Origin: Mytilus californianus | Taxonomy: Eukaryota | Direction: 5' to 3' | NCBI RefSeq assembly: GCF_021869535.1 | Contig: NW_026262593.1 | Span: 28,954,001 to 29,018,000 of the forward strand | DNA length: 64,000 nt | Part shown: positions 1 through 12,410 of the stretch, one piece after another | Layout of the letters: the number at the start of each line of letters is the position of its first letter | Position numbering within the stretch: the first letter of the stretch is position 1 | Program-made: the position numbers and the translations under genes | Notes under the pieces: model-generated | Seen by the model: only the letters and a program-made list of their open reading frames with translations | What the model was told of the DNA's origin: nothing | The model's database searches: none

Positions 1-3000
1 TTTAGAATAAATTGACAGTTGTGAAAAACTTATAAAAGAGTTTCAGTTAAAACTTAACGAGAACACAATCATAAAACAATAAAAGTATGTGTCCTTTTAA
101 ACGTAATTAATGGAAACATGCAAAAATCGGATAGATCAATTGAACTTAGCTAAATCGTTTAATAAAATCATCCATAATGGACAACTGAGAATGAGCATTT
201 TGTCAATTGTGTTATCTTTTTAAAATATTACTTGTATAAAGTTCTGGGAAAAAATAAAAAGGATTCATTTAACAATTAATGTAAATTCCATTTTAATTTT
301 GGAGGTGGATACATATTTTATTTTTACATATTTCATGTGCTTTAGGTACAATTAGAGAGAGCAGTACTATGTTATGTGGTCAGTGATGTATAAATGGCAG
401 TATTAAATTAAATTATCGTTCATACAAATGTTTAATTCTGAATGCTGATTTGAGAGTACGCATGTGATCCTCCGGAAAGAGAGTGATGTTTATGAGTGCA
501 CGTGCGATTCTGGTGTCTGATTACGTTTGTATAATTATAATGTTTACTATGTACTGTCTATACACATTGTTTATCTTTTTATCTGTGTATTCATCTTTTA
601 CTTCTTGACTAGAAAATAAATTTGTTTCTTCCATATGAAAATAAGATGATGTGGTGTGATTAACTATCCTCATACATTTTTTACGACTGGACTTCGCTCG
701 TCAAGATATTATACAGGTTTCAATTAAAACTCCGTTTGTCAAATAGAAGGCATTCATTGCTTATATATGAAAATCCTTTATGACTTTGAATTAAATCTAT
801 GTTGTAGAATAATGTTTTTGTCGACATGGTCTATGCAATTTCTATTTCGTGAATATCAATGCAGAAAACGAGTATTCGGGCCAATTATACAAAATGTAAT
901 TGAAGCGCTTATTTGCAGCTTAAAGCTAAATATTAGCAAGTTTCTGTTAATAGAGTTAAAAAGAAACAAGATATATGGACGAGATTCAACAAATATTTTG
1001 TAAAAATAATTCTTGTGGTAAAAGATTATAAAGTTACTGGAACATTAAGGAAAATAATTTTAACGTTACGCGCAAAAGACTAAAATATCATTGTATAATG
1101 GTCTATTCTGACGCCCTGGAAAATTATACAAACACAGTTGCAAGTCTAATGCGAATCATGTAATGAACTACACTAGTTAGTGATCTTTGTGCAGTAATTT
1201 TGTCAATATCTGAGACTGGGCCATTTTTAAGAGTACTCGCAATTTCTAAAAGCTAATTCAAAGCGGTTACAAAATGACTAATGGTATGTAGTATGATTGC
1301 CAATTAGACAATTATCCACGATGTATGTCACATAAATGCTTCTCCTTGACATGTGTACATAAATAAACTATTTTCGTATTGTGTCACAGTTATTGCATAT
1401 TTGGTATCAAGTTATGCACCTAGTCATTCTGCTACCCGTTTTTCTGACCCATAAATGTTTCGTATTTACACGTATTACATAAGCTATGTTGACATTCTAC
1501 AAATCAAACAGTCGTGATTTTAAATATTTTGGCTACCAATATCGTGTTTGCTAAATTTAAATGTATTAAAAGATGTGATGTGTTCGGTCGAAACATAAAG
1601 CTAGATATAATGTCATATAATATTAAAATTTGAAACAAGTTTTTAAATCAAAAAAAATAAATCTATAGTCACATCACTGGTCACTTAACCCTTTTCCTGT
1701 CCATTCAATGAACATAATTTGATTCATATTTATCTTGAAAGTTGAATATTTTTGGCCGTCGATTCCTTTTTATTGCAACATATGAGCTGCCGCTTTAAAG
1801 TCAACGATAAAGTAAATATCAAATATCTGCATTTAACAGGGAAAATCATTGACTGCTGTTCACTTAGTTGGGCATTCTAAACCCAGATCATCGAAGGCAG
1901 TTAACACAATGTCCATTATGATGGTCCTGATATTAAGCAATTCGCATCTTCTGTGTAATTACATTTAACGCTGCCATTGTTAATGCACCAGGTGTACATT
2001 TCGACAATTATTGTCTATTATGTGATGCTCGAGGTCAACAAATTTAAAAAACTCAAAACCACATAGAAACGTTGAAGAGCTGAAGTAATGAAAAGGGACC
2101 AAATGTATTGCCAGCCTGGACAAGAAATCAGAGCTACGCATGAGGGATATTCATTCCTGATTTTAAAGTATTTTCTAATTTCTAAAACAGCAAACAACAA
2201 AACTAATCCGTGTTTTTATGATAAAACTGAACAACTGGTGGTGCTGGAGGTATCAACCCAGTGGTAGTAAGGTATGCTCGAAACAATTTTTTTTTCTCTT
2301 GCAACCAGTCGTTCTCTCGTTATACTCTGGCGTCCTCCGCCACAAAAAAAAACCTGCTGTTACATCAAAAAATGTTTGTAAAGCTAACTACACGAAACAC
2401 TAATCAGGTAAACAAAAAACTTAATTGGCCTAAACAGAACCACCAAAATCATCATAAATCAATTTTTTTCAAAGAGGATTGTAATCTTAGTATAGTACAT
2501 TAACTATATCTAAAACGTTTTGTCTCGTGCATATCTTACTTTCACGGGCACAATACCTCTGCTAATGGACTGTAAGTCCTCCAAGGTATCACAAGTCCAG
2601 AAGCCCTAGTATTCAGTACTGTCATGCGAACATTTTTTTAAGATTAATTAACAAGAAATAGTTCACATTTAATTGCTACACCAGTCATTTTAGACTAAAA
2701 CTGTATAACAGAACTTTGCTCAATGAAAGAGTTTTTCGCTAGAAGAAAATATGATAAAATACATACTTTTCAAGAATAGAGTGGTGTGTGATCATTTTCT
2801 GTGATGGAGGTCGGCATTAGGCATTTAACGGCTTCATTATTTTATTCTATGCAGAATTTCATTTTTTCCATTATGTATGAAGACAACGAAGAAATAGAAA
2901 TACTAGAGGAAAGCACACTGAAGAGTTGATTGGCAGCTATTGCGATTAAGACTCCATTGGTAATGAGGTGGACCTAGGAAATCTTCTTAGAAATACTACG

Positions 3001-3384
3001 CTTGCAAAGTTCATACTAGAGACAATGGTAAGAGGTGTAACCAGTAATTTGAAATTTTATATTCCACCATCTTGAAGGCCGTTTCATTGTTAGATTGTGT
3101 GTTAAAGTTGTAAGTTTTATTTTGTACTGGCGATTGAGCATCAGGCAATGACGTTTTGTCAACTACACAAGGTTGATAATTCCTAAGAACCAGTTTATTT
3201 TACCATGAACCCAACAGTAGAAATTTATATCAGTACCAAATATTCCTCATTTGATTAAAACTGCCATAAAATGCTTCAGCAATTCCTTTTTGCATAAAAA
3301 CTCTAGAATAGTATGGAAACATGGAAAGGACATCGCATGGATACACATTGTGCGTCTTTGAGAGAACATTTGGAATAGCTGTCA

Positions 3385-3905
3385 CTGGTAAGGTGAGGAT
3401 TGGCGCCTTTAAGCATGTTTAACCCCGTCACATTCTATATGTGTCTGTCCCAAGTCAGGAGCCTGTAATTTAGTGGTTATCGATTATTGCTGTTTATTTG
3501 ATTTTTTCAATTCTTTTTATAGTTTTGTATAGTTTGTTCTTGTGTTGTGTCGTTGCTCTATTGTCCTAGGTTAAGGGTACGTTTGCGCCTTCAAACATAT
3601 TTAACCTCGCAACATCATGTATGTACCTGTCCTAAGTCAGGAGCTTGTTGTTCAATGGTTGTCGTTGGTTCATGTCTGTCATATTTTTTTTCGTTAATTG
3701 TTTTGTTATAAATTAGGCCGTTACTTTTCTCAATTGAACAGTTTCATATTTTTCATGTCGGGGCCTTTTATAACCAACTATACGGTTCGGGTTTTTCTAA
3801 CTGCTGAAGGCCATACGGTTGTCTATAATTACTTACATCCACTTCATATGAACTTTGGTGGATAGCTGTCTCATTGGCAATTAAACCACAACTCATTATT
3901 TTTAT
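3385..3905 (-). repeat. Interspersed repeat family A (core GATTGCCAATGAGACAAC...GGCCTTCAACAATGAG...AAAAGGCCCC)
   Basis: Same sequence family as the copies at 12075, 37590, 53200, 58960, 60850 and 61200. A fragment also lies at 9530-9590. Confidence 0.85.
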
Positions 3906-3914
3906 AAGGAGCCA

Positions 3915-4210
3915 CATAGACCTTGCAGCATTATGTGCATGAAGGATAATTTGGCAGTTCAAATTCTAAGCGACAGCGTAGCAAATGCATTAGAACTGTT
4001 GTTTGATGACAGTGTGTCAGAGACACACACATTTTGGTTGCCAAAATGTGCGAAATCTGTTTGAGGGGTACATCAAGATAAATCATGATTTGGAACCCTT
4101 GACAGTAGCAGATGATCCTCGAGAAAATTGGTTGAAATCATCCTTTTTTCAATTATTTGAAGGAATGAAATCAGTCTGTCATGCAAAGACCAAACGTAAC
4201 AACATCTCAG
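3915..4210 (+). pseudogene. P-element-superfamily (THAP9-like) transposase remnant
   Basis: MKDNLAVQILSDSVANAL from 3939 resembles the MxVxLAAQxLSxSVAxAL motif. After a frameshift it gives CQNVRNLFEGYIKINHDLEP...DDPRENWL, resembling the CLNVR...DxRLxWL region. Confidence 0.6.
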
Positions 4211-5360
4211 AAATTAACTATGCAACTAAGTGCAGAAACTTTAGCTGGTCACTAAAGACACAAATGAGGACCCAATAACAACCCTAGTGTACCTAATGAT
4301 TTAATGTGACTCAGTTACGTGCCGATTGAGCTCAAGCGTTGAATCCATAGCGTGGAAATATTACCAATGTTAACAATATTGAAAATGTTATTGACAACAC
4401 CAAACTACCACAATACAGGTATAATAAAACCAATAGAGATAAGTAAAAGATACAAAGTAGTGATCATTGAAACAAGGAAAAGAAGACAACATTGTTACTG
4501 CTTAATATACACTTTGATTGCAAGTGGATGTCTAAGAATTGTAAAATTGCAGCATTTTTTGTAATCAGTGATGTTAACATAAATCATCATTATATACATG
4601 CACATTGTAAATTAATGATAATGACAACAAACTTGATTAGAACATATAAATATAAAAACAGAATAAATAAGAATTACTGTAAACCTAACCGATGTTCTTA
4701 ACCTTTAAATGATAGAGTTAATTGTCATGTACTTTCAAAACTTGTCTCAGACACAACGATCTCCTTGTTGTGACTTTGTCATTTATCATTTTGTTTCTTA
4801 CCACTTTGGCAATAGAAAAACCATGGATTGTCAAAAACACGTGAATGATGTCCTCCAAGATTGAAACAATTGTCGTAGTCAATATCCACAAATACCTTAT
4901 CATACTAATATATGATCATGAATGACTCCATTATAAGTTCTTTTAATTTGTCACATAAGAGAGACTTTGCATTTAGTTCTTGGTCACCAAGATGTTTCCT
5001 AACCACTGTCTAATTCTCTGGTCAACAAATATAGAAATTGCCGGATGGTGTTATCAAACCACCTATGTCTTTCTTCTCTGTCCAATTGTTATATTTGTTT
5101 AAAATGGTAGTAATGTCGAATGGTGTCTTGTCCTAAATCGCTAAATACAGCTTATATTCATTGACATTAGGTCACCCTTAAGCTTTGTGTAGGCACATAT
5201 ATTATAACCTCATATGTAAAACAATATGTTTTGTACATTCTCACTGAGCTCTGATTGATATATATTGGATAGTTTCTGTTTTTGGATTGTTCAGTTAGCA
5301 GCTGATTTAATAATTCTAACATAAAAAATTGGATGACATTTTTGTTGTCTAGTGGTGTAA

Positions 5361-5600
5361 ATAAAGGCAACAGTATTATACCGCTGTTCAAAAGTTATAA
5401 ATCGATTAAGCGAAACAAATCCGGGTCACAAACCAAAACCGAGGGACACACATCAACTATAAGAGGAAAACAACGGAACAACAGAAACACTGAAGTGCAA
5501 CAAACACAAACGCCAACATACATATGATAACAACTGCCATATTCCTAACTTGGTACAGGACATTTTGAGAAAAAATGGTGGGTTGAACCTGGTTTTATGC
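5361..5600 (+). repeat. Interspersed repeat family B (ATAAAGGCAACAGTA.TATACCGCTGTTCAAAAG)
   Basis: An inverted copy lies at 15545-15724. Confidence 0.85.
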
Positions 5601-6774
5601 AAAACCGTTTTGACTGAAGTGCTCTGTGTATCCTTTATTAATTGAATCACCGAGTCCTAAAGCTTTAAACTTTGTGAAGGATAACTCTTTGTCATGATAA
5701 AAACTTCAGTTATGATTTGAGTGTGAAGACTTTACTGAACAGGTCATAAAAAATGTCTTCAATTCACCACTATCAGAAACAGCTTTGGCAATTTTGAATA
5801 TTGTGGACTCATCAAATATATTGTACAAAGGATCTTCTTGAAAACATTTGATAGCATAATTGTATGGAGATTGAGTCAAGTGTGATAACTGTCTTGAGGA
5901 CCTTACCATCTTGGATTCAGTGTTGAAAAGCTATAAATTAAGTTATAATAACAATATATAAGAACTTGATGTGAAAGAATAAATTCAAATAATTAAATAC
6001 AAATTAACTATTGCACATGATATATATGCATTAAGTCAGGGCAAGAATACAATTTATTTACAGATGCTGGTGGATTATGTTTAGCATAATGGCCTGTTGT
6101 ATAAATTGATATTTTGGTATTCTAAGAGGTGAAAGACAAGGAGACAGCCCGAGTATGCCATTGCTTATTTGCTGTTTTAATGATTTACATACAGTTTTTG
6201 ATAATAATTGTAATCCTCCAGTTCTTGATACTTCAGGTATTCGTATTTTCAAGTTTCAAGATGATTTAGTTTTATCGTCTTTACCAGGGGCTTCTAAGGC
6301 CCTAGTAAGCTAAGTTAATATTGCATAAAATCTTAGTTAAATTGTTAGTACAAAAAAAGTGTTTAAAAATATGTACAAACAATTCCCTCATCTCCTTTTT
6401 GATGATAAGATTATGGCTGGCATTAAGAACAGAGGGCGACGCACACAACATTGATTCATGATAATTATGTAGTAGATCATCTTACATTTGTGTATTTATT
6501 AAAATATTCGTTTGTTGTATTCTTGTACACATATGTAATTTATTTGTTTTTTCTTGACACTTGTGGTTGAAATTTTGCAATACAGATATTCGATTAAGAA
6601 AGTCATATTGACTACTCTTAAATTTCATGTCTATATTGCTTAAATAGATGTTACGATGAATATTTCATTATTTATTATTCTACATTGGCAATATATGACA
6701 GATACAGGAAAATCAAAAATGGTACATGTGGTATTTTATGCTACACTAGTGGATGATTTCTTTTTGTCGATTAG

Positions 6775-7130
6775 CAAGTATCGAGTTTTTGAAAGTAATT
6801 ATTGAGAGGCAAAAAGTGATATCGAGTTATTAAAGGTGAGTATCGAGTAGCAAAAATTGAGTATCGAGTATCAAACAGTGAGTATCGAGTAATAAAATGT
6901 GAGTATAGAGTAGCAAAAATTGAGTATCTAGTTGTAAAAAGTGATTATCGAGTTATAGAAAGTGGCTATCGAGTTGTAAAAAGTGACTATCGAGTTGTAA
7001 AAAGTGAGTATGGAGTGGCAAAAAGTGAGTTTTGAGTTATAAAAAGTGAGTATCGAGTTATACAAAATGAGTATCGAGTAGCAAGCAGTGAGTACCGTGT
7101 TGTAAAAAGTGAGTATCGAGTAACAAAAGT
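6775..7130 (+). repeat. Tandem array, 21-24-bp unit GTGAGTATCGAGTAGCAAAAA, about 15 copies (left TIR)
   Basis: Directly visible recurrence of GAGTATCGAGT. Confidence 0.95.
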
Positions 7131-7559
7131 TATAATTTTTGTGTTTGTAAAATAATTATTTTAACGAATGATCATCTCATGGATTGTTTCTTTTGTTATT
7201 ACTGATCAATTCCAGGCATTCAAATAACTACTTGCAATATTTCAAAAACATTTGATAGATTTCTATCTTATATAAATGCATCGCAGAGTATAGTCAATTT
7301 CCCTCATTTATCTCTTTGAAATTTGCATTAACTTTGCATCCTTAATACTTTTTGTTGACCATTTTGGAAGAACTAATGTGAAAGTAATATTTCATTGATC
7401 TTTTGACATTGTTACGATTGTAGATGCATAATATGTATATGCCTTGAAAACATTTGCCAAATACATTAGCCCTAAATACACAGAGGACTCTAAACAGTTG
7501 TCTGCATGTGAATCTATAAAATACGTCATATCTCTGAAACAAGTAATTAAGGTTGAAAT

Positions 7560-7795
7560 TTCTAACAATTATATAAACTTCAATAAATAACTTCACAAAA
7601 ACTATGTGAACAAAATAAACTTTTTCGCTACAAGGATCTCAAAATAGTTACAGGGAGAGAATTTTACTCATCACATTTTGAATTTCGTAAATTCATTACG
7701 AAGTTAAGAATATGTGATCATAATTTGGAACTTGAAATTGGTAGATATTAAAAAAGTACTTGGAATCTTAGATTGTAATTTTTGTTCTTTTGACT
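7560..7795 (+). mobile_element. Degraded 3' fragment of a LINE (L2/Crack-like ORF2 C-terminus) inside the MULE
   Basis: Translates FRKFITKLRICDHNLELEIGRY, matching the KLRxSxHxLEIExGRY motif of such LINE tails. Confidence 0.6.
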
Positions 7796-7832
7796 AGTAA
7801 TTGGAAAACTTTTTTTTGTTTTTAAATCTATT

Positions 7833-8460
7833 CAAGCAATGGCAAATATTTGCCTGGAAATGGATAGAGATGGGAGTGGTGTCATGGTGGACGAATTTGC
7901 TTTCATTGATGCAAAACACAATCGATGCCGCGGATTTAAAACGTAAACATTATGGATGTATCACCAAGTATTACGAAAACTAGTTTCCTTGGCTATAATG
8001 GAAGTTGAAGAAGAAAACACAGATAATCTTACAATAGTTTGGGAACTTCTCAATGAAATGCTTGAAGCTTGTACCTGGTAAGAACTGTTCAACCCTTTTG
8101 GATTTATAGTCGGTGACAACCATGCAAACTGGTGTAGCATAAGGGACATTTATTGAGTTCACACGTTGGAAAGAGCTGTTTCGTGTGAATTTCATTATAA
8201 GCAAAGCGTTCAGCGACATTCACGAAAATTATCAGAAAATCAAACGAATTCATATATCTTGCAAATGCTATGTTACATGCACAGACCATAAACCAGTTCA
8301 ATGCCGCCTGTGAAAAAATGGAGACATTCTTCAAGACTAATAGTATAATATAATTACATGCATGGTACAAGTGGTGGCATGACTGACGATCACATATTTT
8401 TCGTGCGTTTAAAATGGAAAATGCGCCTTCTTAAAACCTTGCAGAAGCGGGACATGCAAA
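7833..8460 (+). pseudogene. MULE/MuDR-type DDE transposase remnant
   Basis: Manual translation through stops gives FAFIDAKHNRCRGFKT*TLWMYH...RKLVSLAIME...FNPFGFIVGDNHANW...SCEFHYKQSVQRH (CxxH). After a frameshift it gives WYKWWHD*RSHIFRAF...APS*NLAEAGHAK (conserved W and catalytic E region). Confidence 0.82.
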
Positions 8461-8477
8461 AGTATCAAGTATTTCAG

Positions 8478-8585
8478 GAGTCGGTTTCACAAAAAAAACT
8501 TACGACTAAGATTGATCGTAAGTCATAAACAATTCAGTATACTTACGATCAATCTTAGTCGTAAGTGTTTTTGTGAAACCGACTC
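8478..8585. mobile_element. 108-bp palindromic MITE with a CAG target-site duplication (Harbinger/PIF-like)
   Basis: The arms GAGTCGGTTTCACAAAAAAAACTTACGACTAAGATTGATCGTAAGT and its near-perfect inverse enclose a 17-nt loop. CAG flanks both ends (8475-8477, 8586-8588). Confidence 0.75.
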
Positions 8586-9909
8586 CAGATACCTATGTAT
8601 CACTTTTAGAAGATGCAAGGGTTAATGTTGCATCAGCAATAAGACAAGCAACAGAGATTCGTTTATTTCGGCTTTTCTACCTATTATACTTTTGTTGATT
8701 TTACCCACTAATCTTATATTTTTATAAAGTATATTTTCTTTTGAAACATGCATCATTAAATGCAAATTTAATTTAACATATTATTTAACACTTAATAAAC
8801 TATCTTTACCTTTTAAATTTCTCAGTACAAGTAGTTCACTGACATTTGACATACATGTACAAACAAACCTTGTCATAGATTAACGACAACTAACAAAACA
8901 TAGTATTATCTATTTCTTAATACATTTTTTGTCAATAAATAAACCAAATTGAATCCTTAAATGCTTTTTCATAAAAACACTGCAATTCTTTTGGTTTTGA
9001 AATGAATTAAGTTTCTTCCCAAAATGTTATTGTTGCATTGGAAACAACATTACTCTGGGGAGGACCTCGACTTTCATTTTAATTTGCATATGTATATTGG
9101 TGTCTAATTAAAAGATTCTTTATAATTACACTTTGTCTTTTTATAAATCAATTTTCAAAATATCTAATTATGGGAATATTCATCAAAACGTTTAGCAAAA
9201 TTTAAGGAAAAATAGACTATATATTTATTTTAGTTTTTTCATAAATTCATGTTATTTTTTAATTTGCAACACGTTTAGGACATCTTTACTTAAATCACGA
9301 ATCCTAAGACAGCCTCGAAATAATTTAGTGTTATTCCTCAACTATGAAAAAAAACTTATGCTAAAATCAGCTATATCACAAAATGTAATGGAACTAAAAT
9401 TCTTGCTTCATATTCATGAGGATGATGAGAAAATTTGTTACAGTTTACCAACGGATGCAGAACAAACAATGCTGTCGACAGAATCATCAGACTATAAATT
9501 GTGCAAATTTCAATTCAGTGATTAATAACAAGATGGGGTATGATTGCCAATGAGACAACTCTCCATCCAAGACAAAATGTCAATGAAACATTACCTGTTC
9601 ATATTTATATAAAACCTGTAATATATCAGTTAAGTGTAATTCCTTATCTACATAATTTTAAGTCTTGTTTAAATGAACTACATCACAGAAATGCAATAGA
9701 ACCAAAGGTCTTACTTCATATTCCATCGAAGGACGAGAATATTTGTTACAGTTGAACAGTTGGTGAAATGCAAGCAATGCGACAGAATCAAACCCGGATC
9801 CCTATGTTGTAAATTGGATAGTATGATTCGATTAATAAATTGGATAATTGTTTGTTAAAACAATTGTATCTACAAAAATATTTTTTTGTTGGTTATTAAT
9901 TTAACTTCT

Positions 9910-10560
9910 CACTTTTTGCTACTCGATACTCACTTTTGCTACTCGATACTCACTTTTTGCTACTCGATACTCACTTTTGCTACTCGATACTCACTTTTTA
10001 TAACTCGATACTCACTTTTCTTGCACAATACTCACTGTTTGCTACTCGATACTCACTTTTTATAACTCGATACTCACCTTTTTTTACTCGATACTCACTT
10101 GTTATAACTAGATACTCACGTTTTCCTAATCGATACTCATTTTTACTTATCGATACTCACTTTTTTGCTACTCGTTACTCACTTTTTATAACTCGATACT
10201 CACCTTTTTTTACTCGATACTCTCTTGTTATAATTAGATACTCACGTTTTGCTAATCGATACTCATTTTTACTTCTCGATACTCACTTTTTGCTACTCGA
10301 TACTCACTTTTGCTACTCGATACTCACTTTTTATAACTCGATACTCACTTTTCTTACACAATACTCACTTTTTGCTACTCGATACTCACTTTTTATAACT
10401 CGATACTCACTTTTTATAACTCGATACTCACCTTTTTTTACTCGATACTCACTTGTTATAACTAGATACTCACGTTTTGCTAATCGATACTCATTTTTAC
10501 TTCTCGATACTCACTTTTTTGCTACTCGATACTCACTTTTTATAACTCGATACTTGTTAC
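9910..10560 (-). repeat. Tandem array of the same unit, inverted, about 29 copies (right TIR)
   Basis: Recurrence of ACTCGATACTCAC. It accounts for the spurious 210-aa ORF at 9936-10568. Confidence 0.95.
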
Positions 10561-11298
10561 TCAACTAAAAGCACTTCGGCCAAAAATGTCTCTTCACTGA
10601 TGATCACTTGACTTATGGTAGGAATGCCCTCCAGGGGCCATTTCCTATATACAAGGTGATAGGACGTGCCACTGGAATAGGTCAAATTTCCCAGCTTGAA
10701 AATGTGTGAATAGGTGGGGAAAACTATCAAAAATATATGATAAGGTCAATAAAGTTCCCATTACTTGTTATATGAAAATCCCTGTAATTTTTTTCACAGC
10801 CGAAAGTCTCGCCGTAAGTAAACATTACAAAAGGAATCTGAGCCTCCGATCTAGATGAGCTCCGAGCAAAGATGATATTTTCTCGAATATGCCGGAATGT
10901 GATTCTCGATGGAAGAAGAGTTTCCTCGAGGATAGGAAAAAAAAAAACATTATCTTTCTGAAGGAATTATAAAACAATTTAAAATATTTTTCCAATAGAC
11001 TATCTTTAAAATTTGCCAAAATGTTACAAAAATGGAACATACTTTTTATATTTTTTTCTTAAAAAGTCAACCACATACAGGGTGTCAAAAGATGTAATAT
11101 CATATTGTAATGAGACACCGGAGCACCTGAGATTAATCCTGATTTTTATGAGAGTTCGCGTGGTTCATGTTTTTCAAGTTTCCAGTGATCTATGTTTTAT
11201 GTTATGTTTGTGGTTGTGGTTTGTACCAAGTTATGTCTGCTCTACGGTTTGTCTTTTAACTACTCCTTAGGTATGTTTGCGTATTTTTAATTAATTTA

Positions 11299-11329
<31 letters not shown>

Positions 11330-11379
11330 GGGGGGTATACTGTAAAGCCATAGAGTATTTATCTCCCAACTAATGTTTT

Positions 11380-11600
11380 GTTTGAAGTTGTTGCGGCCGT
11401 ATGCAGATTGTTTTGAAATGGTTCAGCGGCTCACGCAAAGGCCACAATGAAAGGTAATGTTGTTCACAGATTGAGTTCGTCTATTCAAAAATTTTACGGT
11501 TTTCACCACAATCTGATTGACCACTATAGAATGTCAGTTTCATACATGGCAAAACGCTTCACGGATCTCCTTATTTCACCCTTGGTTGTTGGTAGGGTTG
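11380..11600 (+). mobile_element. Penelope-like element RT C-terminal fragment
   Basis: Track ORF 11447-11650 gives RLSSSIQKFYGFHHNLIDHYRMSVSYM, resembling the KFYGRHHxLVDxY motif of Naiad/Chlamys-type PLEs. Confidence 0.6.
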
Positions 11601-12074
11601 CTGTTTGCATTTTTTTGTTTTTGTATTATTTGTTAATTCAATTTCGATGAAAAATTAACTTTAAAACCAATAAATGTTGACTAAGAAGCTGGAACTTGGT
11701 TAAATTATATGATAGGAAATAATTTTAATTTTTGTATAATTGCAAAAAGTAGTTCTTTATCCTAAAAAAAAAGAAATTTGATACTTTTACCTAAGCTTTT
11801 TCTCCGCTTCAAAATCGCCACCTCGTGTCAAACATAGCCAACACTCCGCATGTGGCGTTCTACACGGTGAGGTTGGATATTTTATTTGAACAAAGATGTA
11901 AACAAATCCTTTGCAATTATCTTTTGGGGCCCATTTGGACCTAAAGGGCGATACGGCGATTCAGTATATATATTTTTAAAATGGTGACATCCAAACTATT
12001 TCACAAAGTTGTTCCTTACCGTCACGCCCAAAAATGTATCGATGACGTCAAAAACAGACTAAGCATTCCCTTAA

Positions 12075-12410
12075 TATAAAAATAAGGAGATGTGGTATGA
12101 ATGCCTAGAAAACTATCTACCAGAGTTCAAATAAAGTGGAAGTAAGCAATTATAGGAAACCGCACGGCCTTCAACTATGAGAAAACCCAAACCGTGTAGT
12201 CGGCTATAAGAGCCCCCGACATGAAAAATATGAAACAATTCAAACGAGAATACTAACGGCCTAATTTATAACAAAATAGTTTAAGAAAAATAAATATAAC
12301 AGGCATGAACCAACGACAACCACTGAACTACATACTTCTGAATTGGGACAGTTACATAAAGAGCGGGGTGAAACGTGTTTATGCGCGCTCAACCCTACCC
12401 CTAACCTGAT
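12075..12410 (+). repeat. Interspersed repeat family A
   Basis: Aligns by eye with the 58960-59270 and 61200-61350 copies. Confidence 0.85.

Larger units (their letters stand above)
6761..10570 (+). mobile_element. Decayed Foldback-type Mutator (MULE) DNA transposon with long TIRs made of tandem subrepeats
   Basis: The arrays at about 6775-7130 and 9910-10560 are reverse complements. Inverted similarity continues outside them (TTTTGTCGATTAGCAAGTATCGAG vs TTTTAGTTGAGTAACAAGTATCGAG) and about 60 nt inside them. A MULE transposase remnant lies between. No TSD was identified. Confidence 0.8.

Noticed and set aside
2830-3245. Possible pseudogene fragment (..GPPHYQWSLNRNSCQ..)
   Set aside because: Stop-riddled and not assignable to any family by eye.
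6050-6320. Possible LINE 3' fragment (ORF 6058-6252)
   Set aside because: Only a vague resemblance, with no diagnostic motif.
6775-10560. CRISPR-like repeat arrays
   Set aside because: The units are head-to-tail with no unique spacers, there are no cas genes, and the context is eukaryotic and intron-containing.
9936-10568. 210-aa ORF
   Set aside because: It is a translation of the TIR minisatellite with repetitive RYS/LDTH content and no evidence of coding.
11305-11336. Poly-G run as a functional G-quadruplex
   Set aside because: It lies among repeat fragments far from any supported promoter, and its length may be unreliable in the assembly.
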